A DNA stretch of 64,000 bases from an uncultured virus (IMG/VR IMGVR_UViG_3300029305_011567) (Duplodnaviria > Heunggongvirae > Uroviricota > Caudoviricetes). A program made the translations under genes and the position numbers. The notes beneath the pieces are model-generated. The model saw only the letters and a program-made list of their open reading frames with translations. It was not told the DNA's origin and made no database searches. The stretch lies in IMG/VR virus record IMGVR_UViG_3300029305_011567. The stretch is one strand, 5' to 3'. Shown one piece after another: positions 1 to 10,486 of the stretch (its first letter is position 1; each line of letters starts with the position of its first letter).

Positions 1-1
1 G

Positions 2-676
2 GATGAAAAAACAGAAAAGAAAGTACAGTCCTTAAATACACCCTCACAAAACGGCTTAAAACTGGCGATGATTGCTGTTCCAATCGCAATTATCGTGATT
101 ATTATTTTTATTGTTTTATTTCTGCTGGTCCGTAATGCGGGGAAGGATAAGGAAACACCAGAAGTAACGCCTGTTCCGGAGGATGTGGTATTGGTTCAGA
201 ATGATACTCCTACACCGAGCCCTACGCCAGCACCAGTAGCGACGTTGCCACCGCAGCCAATTATCAATGTTTCGATAGCGACGGCTACACCAACGCCAAC
301 AGAAGAACCTGTTATTACCGTGGCACCGGCTGTAACGGTAAAACCACAGCAAGGAACAACGACGAACGACTTAGAACAGCCGGCAACGCAGCCACCCACA
401 CCAACACCTATGCAGTATGATTTTTCCTATGTGCCGGATACGCTTGTGAGCAGTTATACGGGAGTCGCACTGACAGATGGTTCTGTTATAGATGGCATTA
501 CGGTTGTAAATTACATCAATGCCAATCCGGACAAAACCTTTTCTGTATACAACGTATACAGCAACGAGAGTATTACATATGTGAACGGCGGTGCTTCTGT
601 AGGAGACATCCCGGTGTCAGCAACGTATAAAGTAACAATTATGCAGGATTCCTATGCATTTACTCAGGTGTACTAA
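2..676 (+). CDS. Membrane-anchored Pro/Thr-rich protein (5' partial)
   Basis: Frame is open from base 2; hydrophobic TM stretch followed by PT-rich linker. Confidence 0.7.
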   Translation, partial: DEKTEKKVQSLNTPSQNGLKLAMIAVPIAIIVIIIFIVLFLLVRNAGKDKETPEVTPVPEDVVLVQNDTPTPSPTPAPVATLPPQPIINVSIATATPTPTEEPVITVAPAVTVKPQQGTTTNDLEQPATQPPTPTPMQYDFSYVPDTLVSSYTGVALTDGSVIDGITVVNYINANPDKTFSVYNVYSNESITYVNGGASVGDIPVSATYKVTIMQDSYAFTQVY

Positions 677-679
677 TTT

Positions 680-1471
680 ATGAAAAAAGTATTTTTAGGT
701 GTTTTTTTAGGATTGCTTATATCGGGTATTCTTTTTTGCGGATGCCAATTATTTGCGATATCCAAAGGCTATGAGGAAAGCCGACAAATCTATTCAAATA
801 TGAACGAACAGTATGTGGAACAGCCGCAATCACAAGGATATGCTTTTCAGATGGCAGAGCAAGAAACGCCTTCTGATAAAGAAGAAATCATGGTTCCTTT
901 TGAAGTGGATTTTGATAATCTGATGCTGGTTAACAGCGATATCATCGGTTGGATTTATATTCCGAATACCGTAGTGAATTATCCGATTGTTAAGAGTAAA
1001 GATAATGTTGACTATCTGAACCGTGCCGCAGATGGCAGTTATGCGGTTGCAGGTGCTATCTTTGTGGATTGTAATAACCAGTCCGATTTTTCAGATCAGA
1101 ATACGATTATCTATGGTCACAATATGAAAGATGGTTCGATGTTTCATTGTTTGTCTTCATATGGAAAGCAGGACTTTTACGCTGTGCATGATGAGGTTTG
1201 GATCATGGTGGACGGGTGTAGCAGGAAATACCGCATTGTAGCTGCGTACCAAACTACTTTTGATTCAAATGCTTATTTTACCAATTATCCCGGCAAGACC
1301 TTTAGTATCTATGCAGAGCAATGTATCCAACAGTCTTTAATCAGTCCGATTACACCTTTTGATGCCGGTAAACCGATTATTACGCTGTCAACCTGCATGA
1401 AACACGGAACGCCGAAACGATTTGTCGTGATTTTACAGCTTGTGGAGGAAATCTATGAAACAACTGAGTAG
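680..1471 (+). CDS. srtB: Class B sortase
   Basis: N-terminal TM, IGWIYIPNT..YP, YGHNMKDGSMF, TLSTC catalytic motif and downstream Arg. Confidence 0.9.
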   Translation: MKKVFLGVFLGLLISGILFCGCQLFAISKGYEESRQIYSNMNEQYVEQPQSQGYAFQMAEQETPSDKEEIMVPFEVDFDNLMLVNSDIIGWIYIPNTVVNYPIVKSKDNVDYLNRAADGSYAVAGAIFVDCNNQSDFSDQNTIIYGHNMKDGSMFHCLSSYGKQDFYAVHDEVWIMVDGCSRKYRIVAAYQTTFDSNAYFTNYPGKTFSIYAEQCIQQSLISPITPFDAGKPIITLSTCMKHGTPKRFVVILQLVEEIYETTE

Positions 1472-2336
1472 CAAGAAAAAACAGGAACGTTTGACTACTA
1501 TTTTGCTATGTGTTCTCGTTGTATTATTGTTTTTATGTGTGTTGACGGTGCTTTCTGATGCAAATAAGAATAATGACGATGTAGTAGCAGAAAAGCCAAA
1601 TCCCTACGCAGATCGCGTTCAAGTACGCGAACCGCTTGGAGGAGAACGAAGGTTGGATAATGGGACGGACGATTATTTGAACTCCCTTTTTTATGCGCAA
1701 ATGTATATGGGTGAAGCCTATTCGCGCGAACATTTTCCGGAAGCATTTCACGAAGGCAGCATAGAGCATGGACACTCGCATATTCCCGTAAATACAGGTA
1801 ATGCTACCATAGATACATATATGGAAGAACATCATATAGAAAAAGATACTACTTCTATTATTACATTTAATATATGTTCGACGCTGAATACCGGGCGACC
1901 GGACATATTGGTAAAACATCCATTTCTTGAAAAGAGCCAAGTTTTATACTATGCGAATTTGCAAGACCAAGAGCTTAATGAAAACTATGATATCTGGTGT
2001 ATGGATGGTTTTTCTGTGGATGAGTTTGCGCAGATGCTTTGCGAACTTGTGTCGCAAGGATATGTAAGCTATGGGTTGACTGATGATTTTTCATGTGAAT
2101 TCACATCAAAAGAAGACGTATTAAAAGTGATTGAGAGTGCAACTACTTCAACGGTTGTATTCGGATTTTATAAGGAATATGCCGACGGCGTAATGCAAAC
2201 AGCGACCATTACCTATTATAAAGACTGCATTATGTATGATTGGATAAATGACACTGTAAAAGATAAAGACCAAAGCCAGTGTTGCTATGCGGTTTCAATA
2301 ATTATGCCACTGGATTATGTTCTTGGTTATGAATAG
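1455..2336 (+). CDS. Hypothetical membrane-anchored protein
   Basis: GGAGG RBS, N-terminal TM helix, overlaps end of srtB. Confidence 0.65.
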   Translation: MKQLSSKKKQERLTTILLCVLVVLLFLCVLTVLSDANKNNDDVVAEKPNPYADRVQVREPLGGERRLDNGTDDYLNSLFYAQMYMGEAYSREHFPEAFHEGSIEHGHSHIPVNTGNATIDTYMEEHHIEKDTTSIITFNICSTLNTGRPDILVKHPFLEKSQVLYYANLQDQELNENYDIWCMDGFSVDEFAQMLCELVSQGYVSYGLTDDFSCEFTSKEDVLKVIESATTSTVVFGFYKEYADGVMQTATITYYKDCIMYDWINDTVKDKDQSQCCYAVSIIMPLDYVLGYE

Positions 2337-2351
2337 GGAGGAGGTTAGCCT

Positions 2352-4727
2352 ATGAATAAGAAAAATTTGATTTTGGCAGCTCTTATTATGTTATGTAGTT
2401 TGTTTTTACTCAATCGGACAACGATGGAAACGCAGGCTTCAAATAACTGGTATGTAGGCATGTATATGGGTGTATGTAATTTCTGTTCTACATTACAAAA
2501 TGGCGATGCTCACAATGGGTATGTAACGATTGATTCCTTAACAAAAGCAACGTGTACTTCACAAGGGTCAGTATCTATTTCATGTAAGTGTACGGGAGCT
2601 TGTCTCAAGTATAACAGTGGTGCAACTGTTTGCGGTCAACACGGCTCTACGACATTTGCTGCGTTGGGCCACTCGGCGGGCGGTTACACCGATACCAAGG
2701 ATGGTGGACATACCTCTACGAACCCTACCTGCACAAATACCGGTAGCGGATATTATATTGTAACACGTAAAACCAAGTGTTCCAGATGCTCCGTGGTTAT
2801 TTCAACATCTACTTATAACTCGAATTATAGTATACCGGCGTTAGGGCATGTGTCCCCATCGACGTATACCTATAAAACAGACGGCTATCATTATAAATAT
2901 TGTACGCGCTGTGGTGTTCAAATAGAACGGCAGCCGAATACCTATAAGGTTGCTTATTATTCGCAGGATGGTAGTACGTGTTATGGAACGTCCACACATA
3001 CTTATGATGTGGCAAAAGGATTGACTTCTGCAAGTGCTCTTAATATTCCGGGATATACCGGTCATCATGTGGTGTGGAGTACCAGTATGGGTGGAACACC
3101 TGTTTATGAGGACGGGCAGAGTGTTGTAAAGCTCACCGGAGTACAGGATGATACCATCAATCTATATATGAATTGGAAAGAAAATACATACTATGTTGAT
3201 TTTTCCGGCAATAATACAACCGTAAATATCTATGGAGATACTGTTACCACAACGTATACGGGAAATACTGCAAGAATTGAGTGTACTTATAATCATAATG
3301 TAACATTCCCTAGCTGCTCATTTAGTAAGACTGGGTATGTATTTAAAGAATGGAATACAGAATCAGATGGTACCGGACAGTCATTTGCTCCCAATACGGA
3401 GTATACGAAGCCTAATTTATGTTCCCAGCGCAAGGGTACGGCTACACTGTATGCGATTTGGGAACCAATTAAGTACGATATTGTGTTTGTAGGTAATGGT
3501 GCGTGGAATGGCGTGGAAAATTACCACCAGACCATGAGGTTTGATGAAGAAAGTGAGCTTCTCGATAACCGCTTTACACGACTTGTTACGGATGAAGGAA
3601 ATGCACTGGCACTGAAACAAGGATATGGCTTTATTGGTTGGGGAATGGCAGCAGGCGATACGCAAGTCCGTTATCAAAACAATGAACTTGTTAAAAACAT
3701 GACGCTTGATAGTGAAATCTATCTGTATGCAATCTGGAAAAAGGAAATTACGCTAACAATGGATTTGAACGGTGGTAATTATTGTAACTTTCCAACGCCC
3801 ATGACTGAAACTCATGCGTTGTATAATGATGAGCTGTATTTTGATTTTGCATTGGATAGTAGCAACATACACGCATATGCAGGGTTTAATGCAGATACCG
3901 GTATAAATGATTCATTTGCAAAACAAACGGAAACGGATGGAATCGTGGTTACTTACCGTTTTACTGGCTGGAATATGAATACGGAGGATACAGTCCCGTT
4001 TGTAAATATGTGGAGCGGAGAACTTACCAATCTTGATTGCTATAATCCTTCCCGCAGTAGTCATATCCGATTATATGATTCTTTGACCTTATATGCCGCA
4101 TGGGAACCGATTCTGAACACGCAGGTAAAGATGGGACGTACTTTAGGTGATGTGTCCCAGTCGGGTAGTGATATTACGGTTAATTATGTAAATGGTTTGC
4201 TGGGAGAGGTGGCAACAGGCGGCACATCCGTATTTAATCCTGGAGAGCAAGGATTTTATGTCATTAAGATTACTGGTGGAAATCATGCTACGATTACCGT
4301 TCAATTTGACCATGCAATGACAGATATCTATAAAGCAACGACATTTGCGGGCCAAGACGGACTAAACAATGCTTATGAGCAGACTACTGATGTTTATGTA
4401 TCCACATCCATGCTTTCTTATACAGGACTGGATAGGGAATACACGATTGTTGCGGATGATAGTATCGTGGATTTTCGGAATACGTTTTTTGTACCTTTAT
4501 ACTTAGGCACAGAAAATGATCCGAGTGGTGTGTATAATGGAACACCATATGAAATCACATATACGATTACAAATCCGAATAGTTATTTTTGCAACAATTA
4601 TAAAGGTTCACCAGAGCAGACAATAGCTGTTATCAATCTGTACTTACGGACTGGTTCTGGTGGAAACTATGATGTGAATAATACGGCGCAGGAAATTCAG
4701 GACAACCTACATCTGCGTTTACAGTGA
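2352..4727 (+). CDS. Secreted/surface protein with Cys-rich N-terminus and Listeria-Bacteroides (InlB B-repeat-like) domains
   Basis: Signal peptide; repeated GY.F..W...TLYA.W motifs; ALGH/CxxC repeats. Confidence 0.75.
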   Translation: MNKKNLILAALIMLCSLFLLNRTTMETQASNNWYVGMYMGVCNFCSTLQNGDAHNGYVTIDSLTKATCTSQGSVSISCKCTGACLKYNSGATVCGQHGSTTFAALGHSAGGYTDTKDGGHTSTNPTCTNTGSGYYIVTRKTKCSRCSVVISTSTYNSNYSIPALGHVSPSTYTYKTDGYHYKYCTRCGVQIERQPNTYKVAYYSQDGSTCYGTSTHTYDVAKGLTSASALNIPGYTGHHVVWSTSMGGTPVYEDGQSVVKLTGVQDDTINLYMNWKENTYYVDFSGNNTTVNIYGDTVTTTYTGNTARIECTYNHNVTFPSCSFSKTGYVFKEWNTESDGTGQSFAPNTEYTKPNLCSQRKGTATLYAIWEPIKYDIVFVGNGAWNGVENYHQTMRFDEESELLDNRFTRLVTDEGNALALKQGYGFIGWGMAAGDTQVRYQNNELVKNMTLDSEIYLYAIWKKEITLTMDLNGGNYCNFPTPMTETHALYNDELYFDFALDSSNIHAYAGFNADTGINDSFAKQTETDGIVVTYRFTGWNMNTEDTVPFVNMWSGELTNLDCYNPSRSSHIRLYDSLTLYAAWEPILNTQVKMGRTLGDVSQSGSDITVNYVNGLLGEVATGGTSVFNPGEQGFYVIKITGGNHATITVQFDHAMTDIYKATTFAGQDGLNNAYEQTTDVYVSTSMLSYTGLDREYTIVADDSIVDFRNTFFVPLYLGTENDPSGVYNGTPYEITYTITNPNSYFCNNYKGSPEQTIAVINLYLRTGSGGNYDVNNTAQEIQDNLHLRLQ

Positions 4728-4861
4728 CATAAAAATGCATAAAATTCATTTAAAAACAACATAAAAAGTGAATAATATACAAAATAATACAATAAAACCC
4801 TTGAAAATAGTTTAATTTAGTTGTAAATTAAACTTAACATAATTCAGGGAGATGTATTACG

Positions 4862-5284
4862 ATGTCAGAAACCACAGCTAAGCGTAAGAAAAAGCGACGT
4901 TATACTTGGGTGATAGAAAAAGAACGTCCTTCGTTAGGCGTTTTGTATGATGCTACACCTATATTAAATGCCCTGCCACCTATTGGTTCTGTGGTTATAA
5001 TATATGAGCGTTTGATTATCAATCCCTCTAACTATTGGGGGTTAGTTCATATGTCTGGAACATCTTATACGGAATATGTGTATTGCGATAATTATGTGGA
5101 TACATGGGGAAATGCGTTAGAACTTGAAGTGTTACATTATACGCATGGTATAAAAAGTCCTCTTGATGCAAAAAACTGTATGGTTTGTCGTTGTGTGAAA
5201 GACCATGCGAATGTTTTGCCTTTGCGTTATGTGCGGACCTTGCATATTGCATGTGGGTATTTAAAAGCGGAGATTGTTCGATGA
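4862..5284 (+). CDS. Hypothetical protein
   Basis: RBS GGGAG; ORF coupled to next gene. Confidence 0.55.
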   Translation: MSETTAKRKKKRRYTWVIEKERPSLGVLYDATPILNALPPIGSVVIIYERLIINPSNYWGLVHMSGTSYTEYVYCDNYVDTWGNALELEVLHYTHGIKSPLDAKNCMVCRCVKDHANVLPLRYVRTLHIACGYLKAEIVR

Positions 5285-6291
5285 AAATAAAGAAGCGTGA
5301 GTTGAAACAAATTGAAGATATTATGCAAAATCGTATCATGCAAGGTAATTATGATGTGCTACGGGAAAATTTGCATTTTCTTAGTAATCGACTTCACATA
5401 GGCAATATTACATTGTTTACCTTTGGTGCTGAACTGGTGGAATCCACCTCGGAAGATAACGTTGACATTGGTGCTGTGTCACGATTGGTATTTCAGAATG
5501 AGTTGTTATTAGAAAAGAGCGGGTACTGGCTATATAGGGACGATGGAACCTTGTCGTATGTACGTGCTTGCAAATTATCCGGATGTGTAATTGTTGTTCA
5601 TCAGGTGCAGGATAAAGAATATGTATATCATATTTTTGAAAATTCTCAGTTATTTGGTTTGCTCGATTTATCGGCGCTGATTCATTTTATTAACAACGGA
5701 GATAATTGGAAACAATTCGCGGATTATAAAAGGAACATGCGTGACCGGGAGGCGCTGATTGAGGAACTGAATGAATTGTGTTTGATGGAGCAACGTAATC
5801 GTACATTGGCACTGGTTGGCATTTACGACACAAGGGTAATCGTGAAAGAAAAGGGTAATACCTATTTTAATCGTTTAGAAGATTATCTGTTAAGTAAAGT
5901 CCAACAGGAGTTTTCGGCCACTATCTATCGTGTGGGGAAAGGACGGTTTGGTTTTTTGACGGAAAAGCCTGTATTAGCGGTGTATAATATTATGCTTGAT
6001 ATTGTAGGGGAATCGCATATCTATCCTAATCTCGGAGTTCAAAGTACGATAGCGCCGATGATGGATAGCGCGCTTCAAACTCTGTGTATATCAGAAATAC
6101 GACTAGAGCAAGCTGTAAGGGATGAAATTGTCATATTGCAGCGGACAGAACAACAATATGACAACCCGTGCGAAGAACAGTGTACGGAAATAGTAAAAGA
6201 GATTGATTTTAACCAAATGTTTCATTCTACATATGTGGAACGCGACTCTGTTCATGACTCTGCTTATCACCTTCCAATCAATCAGGTATAA
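5281..6291 (+). CDS. Hypothetical protein with degenerate GGDEF/cyclase-like C-terminal domain
   Basis: NMRDR..., G..YF, IYRVGKGRFGFL in place of YR.GGDEF. Confidence 0.45.
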   Translation: MKIKKRELKQIEDIMQNRIMQGNYDVLRENLHFLSNRLHIGNITLFTFGAELVESTSEDNVDIGAVSRLVFQNELLLEKSGYWLYRDDGTLSYVRACKLSGCVIVVHQVQDKEYVYHIFENSQLFGLLDLSALIHFINNGDNWKQFADYKRNMRDREALIEELNELCLMEQRNRTLALVGIYDTRVIVKEKGNTYFNRLEDYLLSKVQQEFSATIYRVGKGRFGFLTEKPVLAVYNIMLDIVGESHIYPNLGVQSTIAPMMDSALQTLCISEIRLEQAVRDEIVILQRTEQQYDNPCEEQCTEIVKEIDFNQMFHSTYVERDSVHDSAYHLPINQV

Positions 6292-6309
6292 AGGGAGGAA
6301 GTAGATAGA

Positions 6310-6597
6310 ATGAATCATTTATGTTGTATAACGCAGATACATATTGTTGAAGGTAGCGCGAAACAAGTACTGCTTACCAATTTGTTGCGTATAGAAAATG
6401 CTTTAAAAAGCGGTTTAATCTATGCCTTGCCAATCATGTTTCTAATTGGGCTTTTTATTCTGGCAATTGGTCATAATACCGCTAAATTAAAGAAAGTGGC
6501 GATTGTCTATTTCTTTTCACTTTTGCCACTTATATATGTAGGTGCTATTTATATTATAGCCGGCATTTACACAGCAGTATTATTTTATATGAAATAG
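6310..6597 (+). CDS. Small two-TM protein, possible conjugative pilin-like (VirB2/TrbC-like)
   Basis: 95 aa, two hydrophobic helices separated by KK; function inferred from context. Confidence 0.45.
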   Translation: MNHLCCITQIHIVEGSAKQVLLTNLLRIENALKSGLIYALPIMFLIGLFILAIGHNTAKLKKVAIVYFFSLLPLIYVGAIYIIAGIYTAVLFYMK

Positions 6598-6619
6598 TTA
6601 TAAAACGGAGGTATGAATT

Positions 6620-7522
6620 ATGGGTAAGATGCTTAGTCAATTAAACAAAAAGTTACAGACAAAAGCCGATAAGAAACTGGTGCAGCAAAAAGAAAATGTC
6701 GTGGATAAATATGAAAAATACGATACCGCGCTGAAAAACAATCAGATTTTGGAAGTGACATTCGATGTTGCTACCGAAAGTGGTGACTTGGTTTATATTG
6801 ATGAACATGGTTTGAAAGTGATTTTGTCGGAAGAAATTTTTTCCTCAACGGCAACGTACTATAAACCATCTATCCGTTCTAAGTTTATCGGTATCAAAAT
6901 GAGTATCCGAGTTAAGTCCATTGATAAAGAAAATGGTCTTATTATCGTTAAATCTGCGCGTGGTAACGCATCAACCAGCAGACAGGTTATTTCAGAGTTG
7001 CGTAATGAGCTGGCTCAGGGACAGAAGCCGACCGTGTATGGAGTTATTAACTATGTATCTGCTGACCGCGCATTTGTCAAGATTTGTGGTTTAAATGTAG
7101 ATGGAATGATTTATGTAGCAGATTGGAGTTCAGGATATACTCGTTTCTTAAATGAGCATTGTCATAAGGGCGATATTCTACCGTTTAGTGTTGTTGGAAC
7201 CATTACTCGTAGAAGCGATAGTGAAAATACAGGGGAACTTTTCCGCTTAACTCACGATGAGTTTGCGGTTGACCCTTGGGAACAGCTCGATTCACAGTTG
7301 ATTCAAGTAGGTAGCATTATATTTGTTAAGTGTGTGTCTATTCCGACCGGAAAAACTTACTGGTGGGGCTCTACTAAGGTTGCACCGGGAATTGAGCTGC
7401 TTGGTAACTTTAATAGGAATCTGAATATTGTGCCGGGTGTTATTTACAAGTGTAAGGTAAGGAAATATAAACCGGAGAGAAAGATGCTTCAAGTAACTCC
7501 GTTTGAAATTTCAGAAGAATAA
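6620..7522 (+). CDS. S1/OB-fold domain protein
   Basis: G.I..V...AFV.I.GL.V.G.I...DWS motif typical of S1 repeats. Confidence 0.65.
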   Translation: MGKMLSQLNKKLQTKADKKLVQQKENVVDKYEKYDTALKNNQILEVTFDVATESGDLVYIDEHGLKVILSEEIFSSTATYYKPSIRSKFIGIKMSIRVKSIDKENGLIIVKSARGNASTSRQVISELRNELAQGQKPTVYGVINYVSADRAFVKICGLNVDGMIYVADWSSGYTRFLNEHCHKGDILPFSVVGTITRRSDSENTGELFRLTHDEFAVDPWEQLDSQLIQVGSIIFVKCVSIPTGKTYWWGSTKVAPGIELLGNFNRNLNIVPGVIYKCKVRKYKPERKMLQVTPFEISEE

Positions 7523-7573
7523 ACATTACTGATGAAATACGGGAAAGGAGCAGGTATACGCCTGATTTGAACA

Positions 7574-8587
7574 ATGAATGAAAATTATTCAAAAGCAATG
7601 GCTATACGCCAATATATAGACGCTACAGATAAACGATACATATGGAACGACCATGTGCGAGAATCGTTTACTGTCATGTATGAGCGTATGTCAAATGAAA
7701 AGCGGTTGTTTTATTTTGCCAATGAACGATTCGGAAGTGTTTCTGATTGCTTTATTATCTATGCAATTATGATATTAGGCGTATGTGATATTTTAAGTAT
7801 TCAGAATTTCTTACATGCGCTGCACAATATGTCAACTGAACTGTCTTTGCTAGATTATGAAGATTTATCTAGTCTCAGGTCAAGAATCAAGAAACTGGTT
7901 GACGTTGGCTTTCTTGCGAAAAACGTATATCGGACAGAGGGTGTCACTGAAGACAAATCCACATCCTACATGAACTTATATTCATGCACAAGCGAGGCGG
8001 TGGAGTTTGCAACAAAAAGGTTAAGCCGGCCATACAAATTTATGAGTTGGTTACAGGCAATGCGCCCACAGGAATTGATTTCATGGGCAGCAGCGTCAAG
8101 GATCGGTACCACACTTGCTTTGTATCCAACATTTAAAGAATTTGGACTTGGTAAGGTATATAGTAATAAGAACTCATACTATTTGCCGTGTGAGTTAAAA
8201 TATCAGCTACGGGATACGGAATACAATGTGGCAGTTATGAATACCTTTTTGTATTTTGATAAGAGTGTCATGACGGAATCCGATTACAAAGACTATGTAA
8301 TTGACAAGCTCAATACTATTTTGCAGTATGTAACATACCGTTCCAAGGTATGTGAAGCGCGAGTGGTTTGTGTGGTTGAGGATAACACAAACTTAACTAC
8401 GCTTGCAAAATGGATAAAAAAAGCAGAACGTCTGAGAGACATTCTGCCCGCGTTGTATTTTACAGGGGAAGGTGTCGTGAATGAACTGAACGGAGATGTG
8501 GCAAATAGCATGGTCCAGCTGGTGCTATCAGACCGGTATGAAGCAGGATTTACATTCGTCCAGACAGTTCCGGATTTTCTTGGCTAA
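7574..8587 (+). CDS. Winged-helix protein, possibly Replic_Relax-like
   Basis: LRSRIKKLVDVGFL wHTH-like motif; architecture similar to 41768-43345. Confidence 0.4.
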   Translation: MNENYSKAMAIRQYIDATDKRYIWNDHVRESFTVMYERMSNEKRLFYFANERFGSVSDCFIIYAIMILGVCDILSIQNFLHALHNMSTELSLLDYEDLSSLRSRIKKLVDVGFLAKNVYRTEGVTEDKSTSYMNLYSCTSEAVEFATKRLSRPYKFMSWLQAMRPQELISWAAASRIGTTLALYPTFKEFGLGKVYSNKNSYYLPCELKYQLRDTEYNVAVMNTFLYFDKSVMTESDYKDYVIDKLNTILQYVTYRSKVCEARVVCVVEDNTNLTTLAKWIKKAERLRDILPALYFTGEGVVNELNGDVANSMVQLVLSDRYEAGFTFVQTVPDFLG

Positions 8588-8596
8588 TCATTTTAT

Positions 8597-9358
8597 CTAT
8601 TGATTACCATGAATGAGGTCATTGATTATTTGAAGCTCATTACTGATGGTGTAAATGCTGTTTGAAATGAGCTTTTTCGTATCATTATCAATAGACTCAT
8701 GAGTAATTACTAATGTTTGTTGAAGTGACAACAGTTTTGTAAGTGCAGAAGACATGTCCGTGGTTATCGCATCTACACTACAAGGAATGAACAGCTGACG
8801 GTGTTCTTTATACAGTTTATACGCTTTTTTTAGTAGCGAGGAATTTTGCAACCCTTGTTCGCGCAATAACAGCCGGTAGTCGCCGTTGTATTTGATAAGC
8901 ATATTATACAAGAAACTCATGCGTAGGGTTTCTGCACTGATGTCTATTGCATACATATGGTTTGCATGATATTTAAGCGCAAGGTAAAAGACGGTATGCT
9001 CGATTACTTCTTTTGTACCGTCTTCCGATATGGATGTAAATATAAAGTCCTCTGCATCCAAGTTTGCTGTCATATCATTTATCATTTTTACTGCCGCACT
9101 TGTCAACGGAATGGAAACGGCGCGCTGTGAGCGCAAGCCCTTGTAACCTTCGAGGTCAGGGAGATATACTTTTCGTTTTCCTTGAACATCTTTTACGCGA
9201 AGCAAGGATGCTTCGGTTGACAAAAAACCGCAGTATGTAAGCAATTCAAAACGCAGTGCATGATGAGGATGTGCGGAATGCAGTAACTTATCTTGTATGA
9301 CCTGTTTTTGTGAATTATTTACAATGAAATTAAATACTTCGTTTTCTAACTGACTCAT
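8597..9358 (-). CDS. Tyrosine recombinase-like protein, catalytic motifs degenerate
   Basis: LLTYCGFLSTEASLLRVKDV (box I, Arg lost); SAETLRMSF (box II, His lost). Confidence 0.65.
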   Translation of the reverse strand: MSQLENEVFNFIVNNSQKQVIQDKLLHSAHPHHALRFELLTYCGFLSTEASLLRVKDVQGKRKVYLPDLEGYKGLRSQRAVSIPLTSAAVKMINDMTANLDAEDFIFTSISEDGTKEVIEHTVFYLALKYHANHMYAIDISAETLRMSFLYNMLIKYNGDYRLLLREQGLQNSSLLKKAYKLYKEHRQLFIPCSVDAITTDMSSALTKLLSLQQTLVITHESIDNDTKKLISNSIYTISNELQIINDLIHGNQ

Positions 9359-9449
9359 ATTATTATCTCCTTTGTTTATGTTTAAATTTTAAACCATAGA
9401 GGAGAATATTTCAATCATTTTTGCGTTATCTTAACGCAGGGAGAGTGTT

Positions 9450-10484
9450 ATGAATAAAAAAACCAAAACCATTCTGATTATTTTAGTAGTATTATTTATT
9501 ATACTTGCTATTTTTGTGAAAATATTGGGGACATATGAAGAAAAGGAACCCGTACCGGTAAGTATACCGAGCGGGAATCTAAGTGATTCTTTGTTTGTCT
9601 TGCAAAATAATACATATATAGCGCAAGACAGTATGCCCACGCTGATCAGCTTTGGAAAAATACCATACAGCATTGATATGGTAAATAATAGCCATGTATC
9701 GGTTGGCAATGGTTACGTTTTTAGTTTGTCACAAGGTTATTTAACCTATGTGACATGCATACCTAAAAACGAAGTATGTGCTGTTATGTTAAAGCAGGAG
9801 TATGCAAAATCCATCTTAATAAATACGATTCCGGAAATGGCAAATTGTTCTCTTTTGCGTGAAGAAACCGGATTTTTAAATGGTTTTGAGGTAGCCTACT
9901 CGGTATATGAGTTGGGTATTACAGATAATGTATCAATAAACTATTCCTATATTGTTGGATATCGGCTTTCCGTGCCAGACTGGGACTATGACTTGTATAT
10001 GGGCGTTTCTACAATGACATATGATACAGAAACACTTCAAAACTGCAAGGAAATACTGGATATGCTTGTGTATACTGTGCGCTATAACGAAGAACGGGCT
10101 GTGGATATACGAAACAATGTAGCTCTTTCTACTACGGTTACACAAGACACGCAGCACGGAGAAGAATCAAGTGGTATAACCCCGACTCAAGCACCAACGG
10201 CATCAGAAAATGAATTGCCGGAAGGAGCAAGTACGCAGGAACATCTGGTAGTGCTGAAACAAGACTATGTGAACTTGCGTATAGAAATTGCATGGAGTAA
10301 CAGTTATTCCAACGTGGAAATGATGCTGTATGATCCGACCAAAACTTATTTTTATACGCCCGTTTCATGTGCAGATGGTAGTGCCTTATTCTATGTGGGA
10401 CAAGTTGCAGCGGGAACGTACTATCTTGAGATTACGGGTGCGGATTACGGTGAGGTTTCTATGACGTTAAAGGATGGTGAATAG
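9450..10484 (+). CDS. Membrane-anchored protein, paralog of 10487-11575
   Basis: N-terminal TM, GFLNGF motif, C-terminal beta-rich GTYYLEI domain. Confidence 0.65.
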   Translation: MNKKTKTILIILVVLFIILAIFVKILGTYEEKEPVPVSIPSGNLSDSLFVLQNNTYIAQDSMPTLISFGKIPYSIDMVNNSHVSVGNGYVFSLSQGYLTYVTCIPKNEVCAVMLKQEYAKSILINTIPEMANCSLLREETGFLNGFEVAYSVYELGITDNVSINYSYIVGYRLSVPDWDYDLYMGVSTMTYDTETLQNCKEILDMLVYTVRYNEERAVDIRNNVALSTTVTQDTQHGEESSGITPTQAPTASENELPEGASTQEHLVVLKQDYVNLRIEIAWSNSYSNVEMMLYDPTKTYFYTPVSCADGSALFYVGQVAAGTYYLEITGADYGEVSMTLKDGE

Positions 10485-10486
10485 TA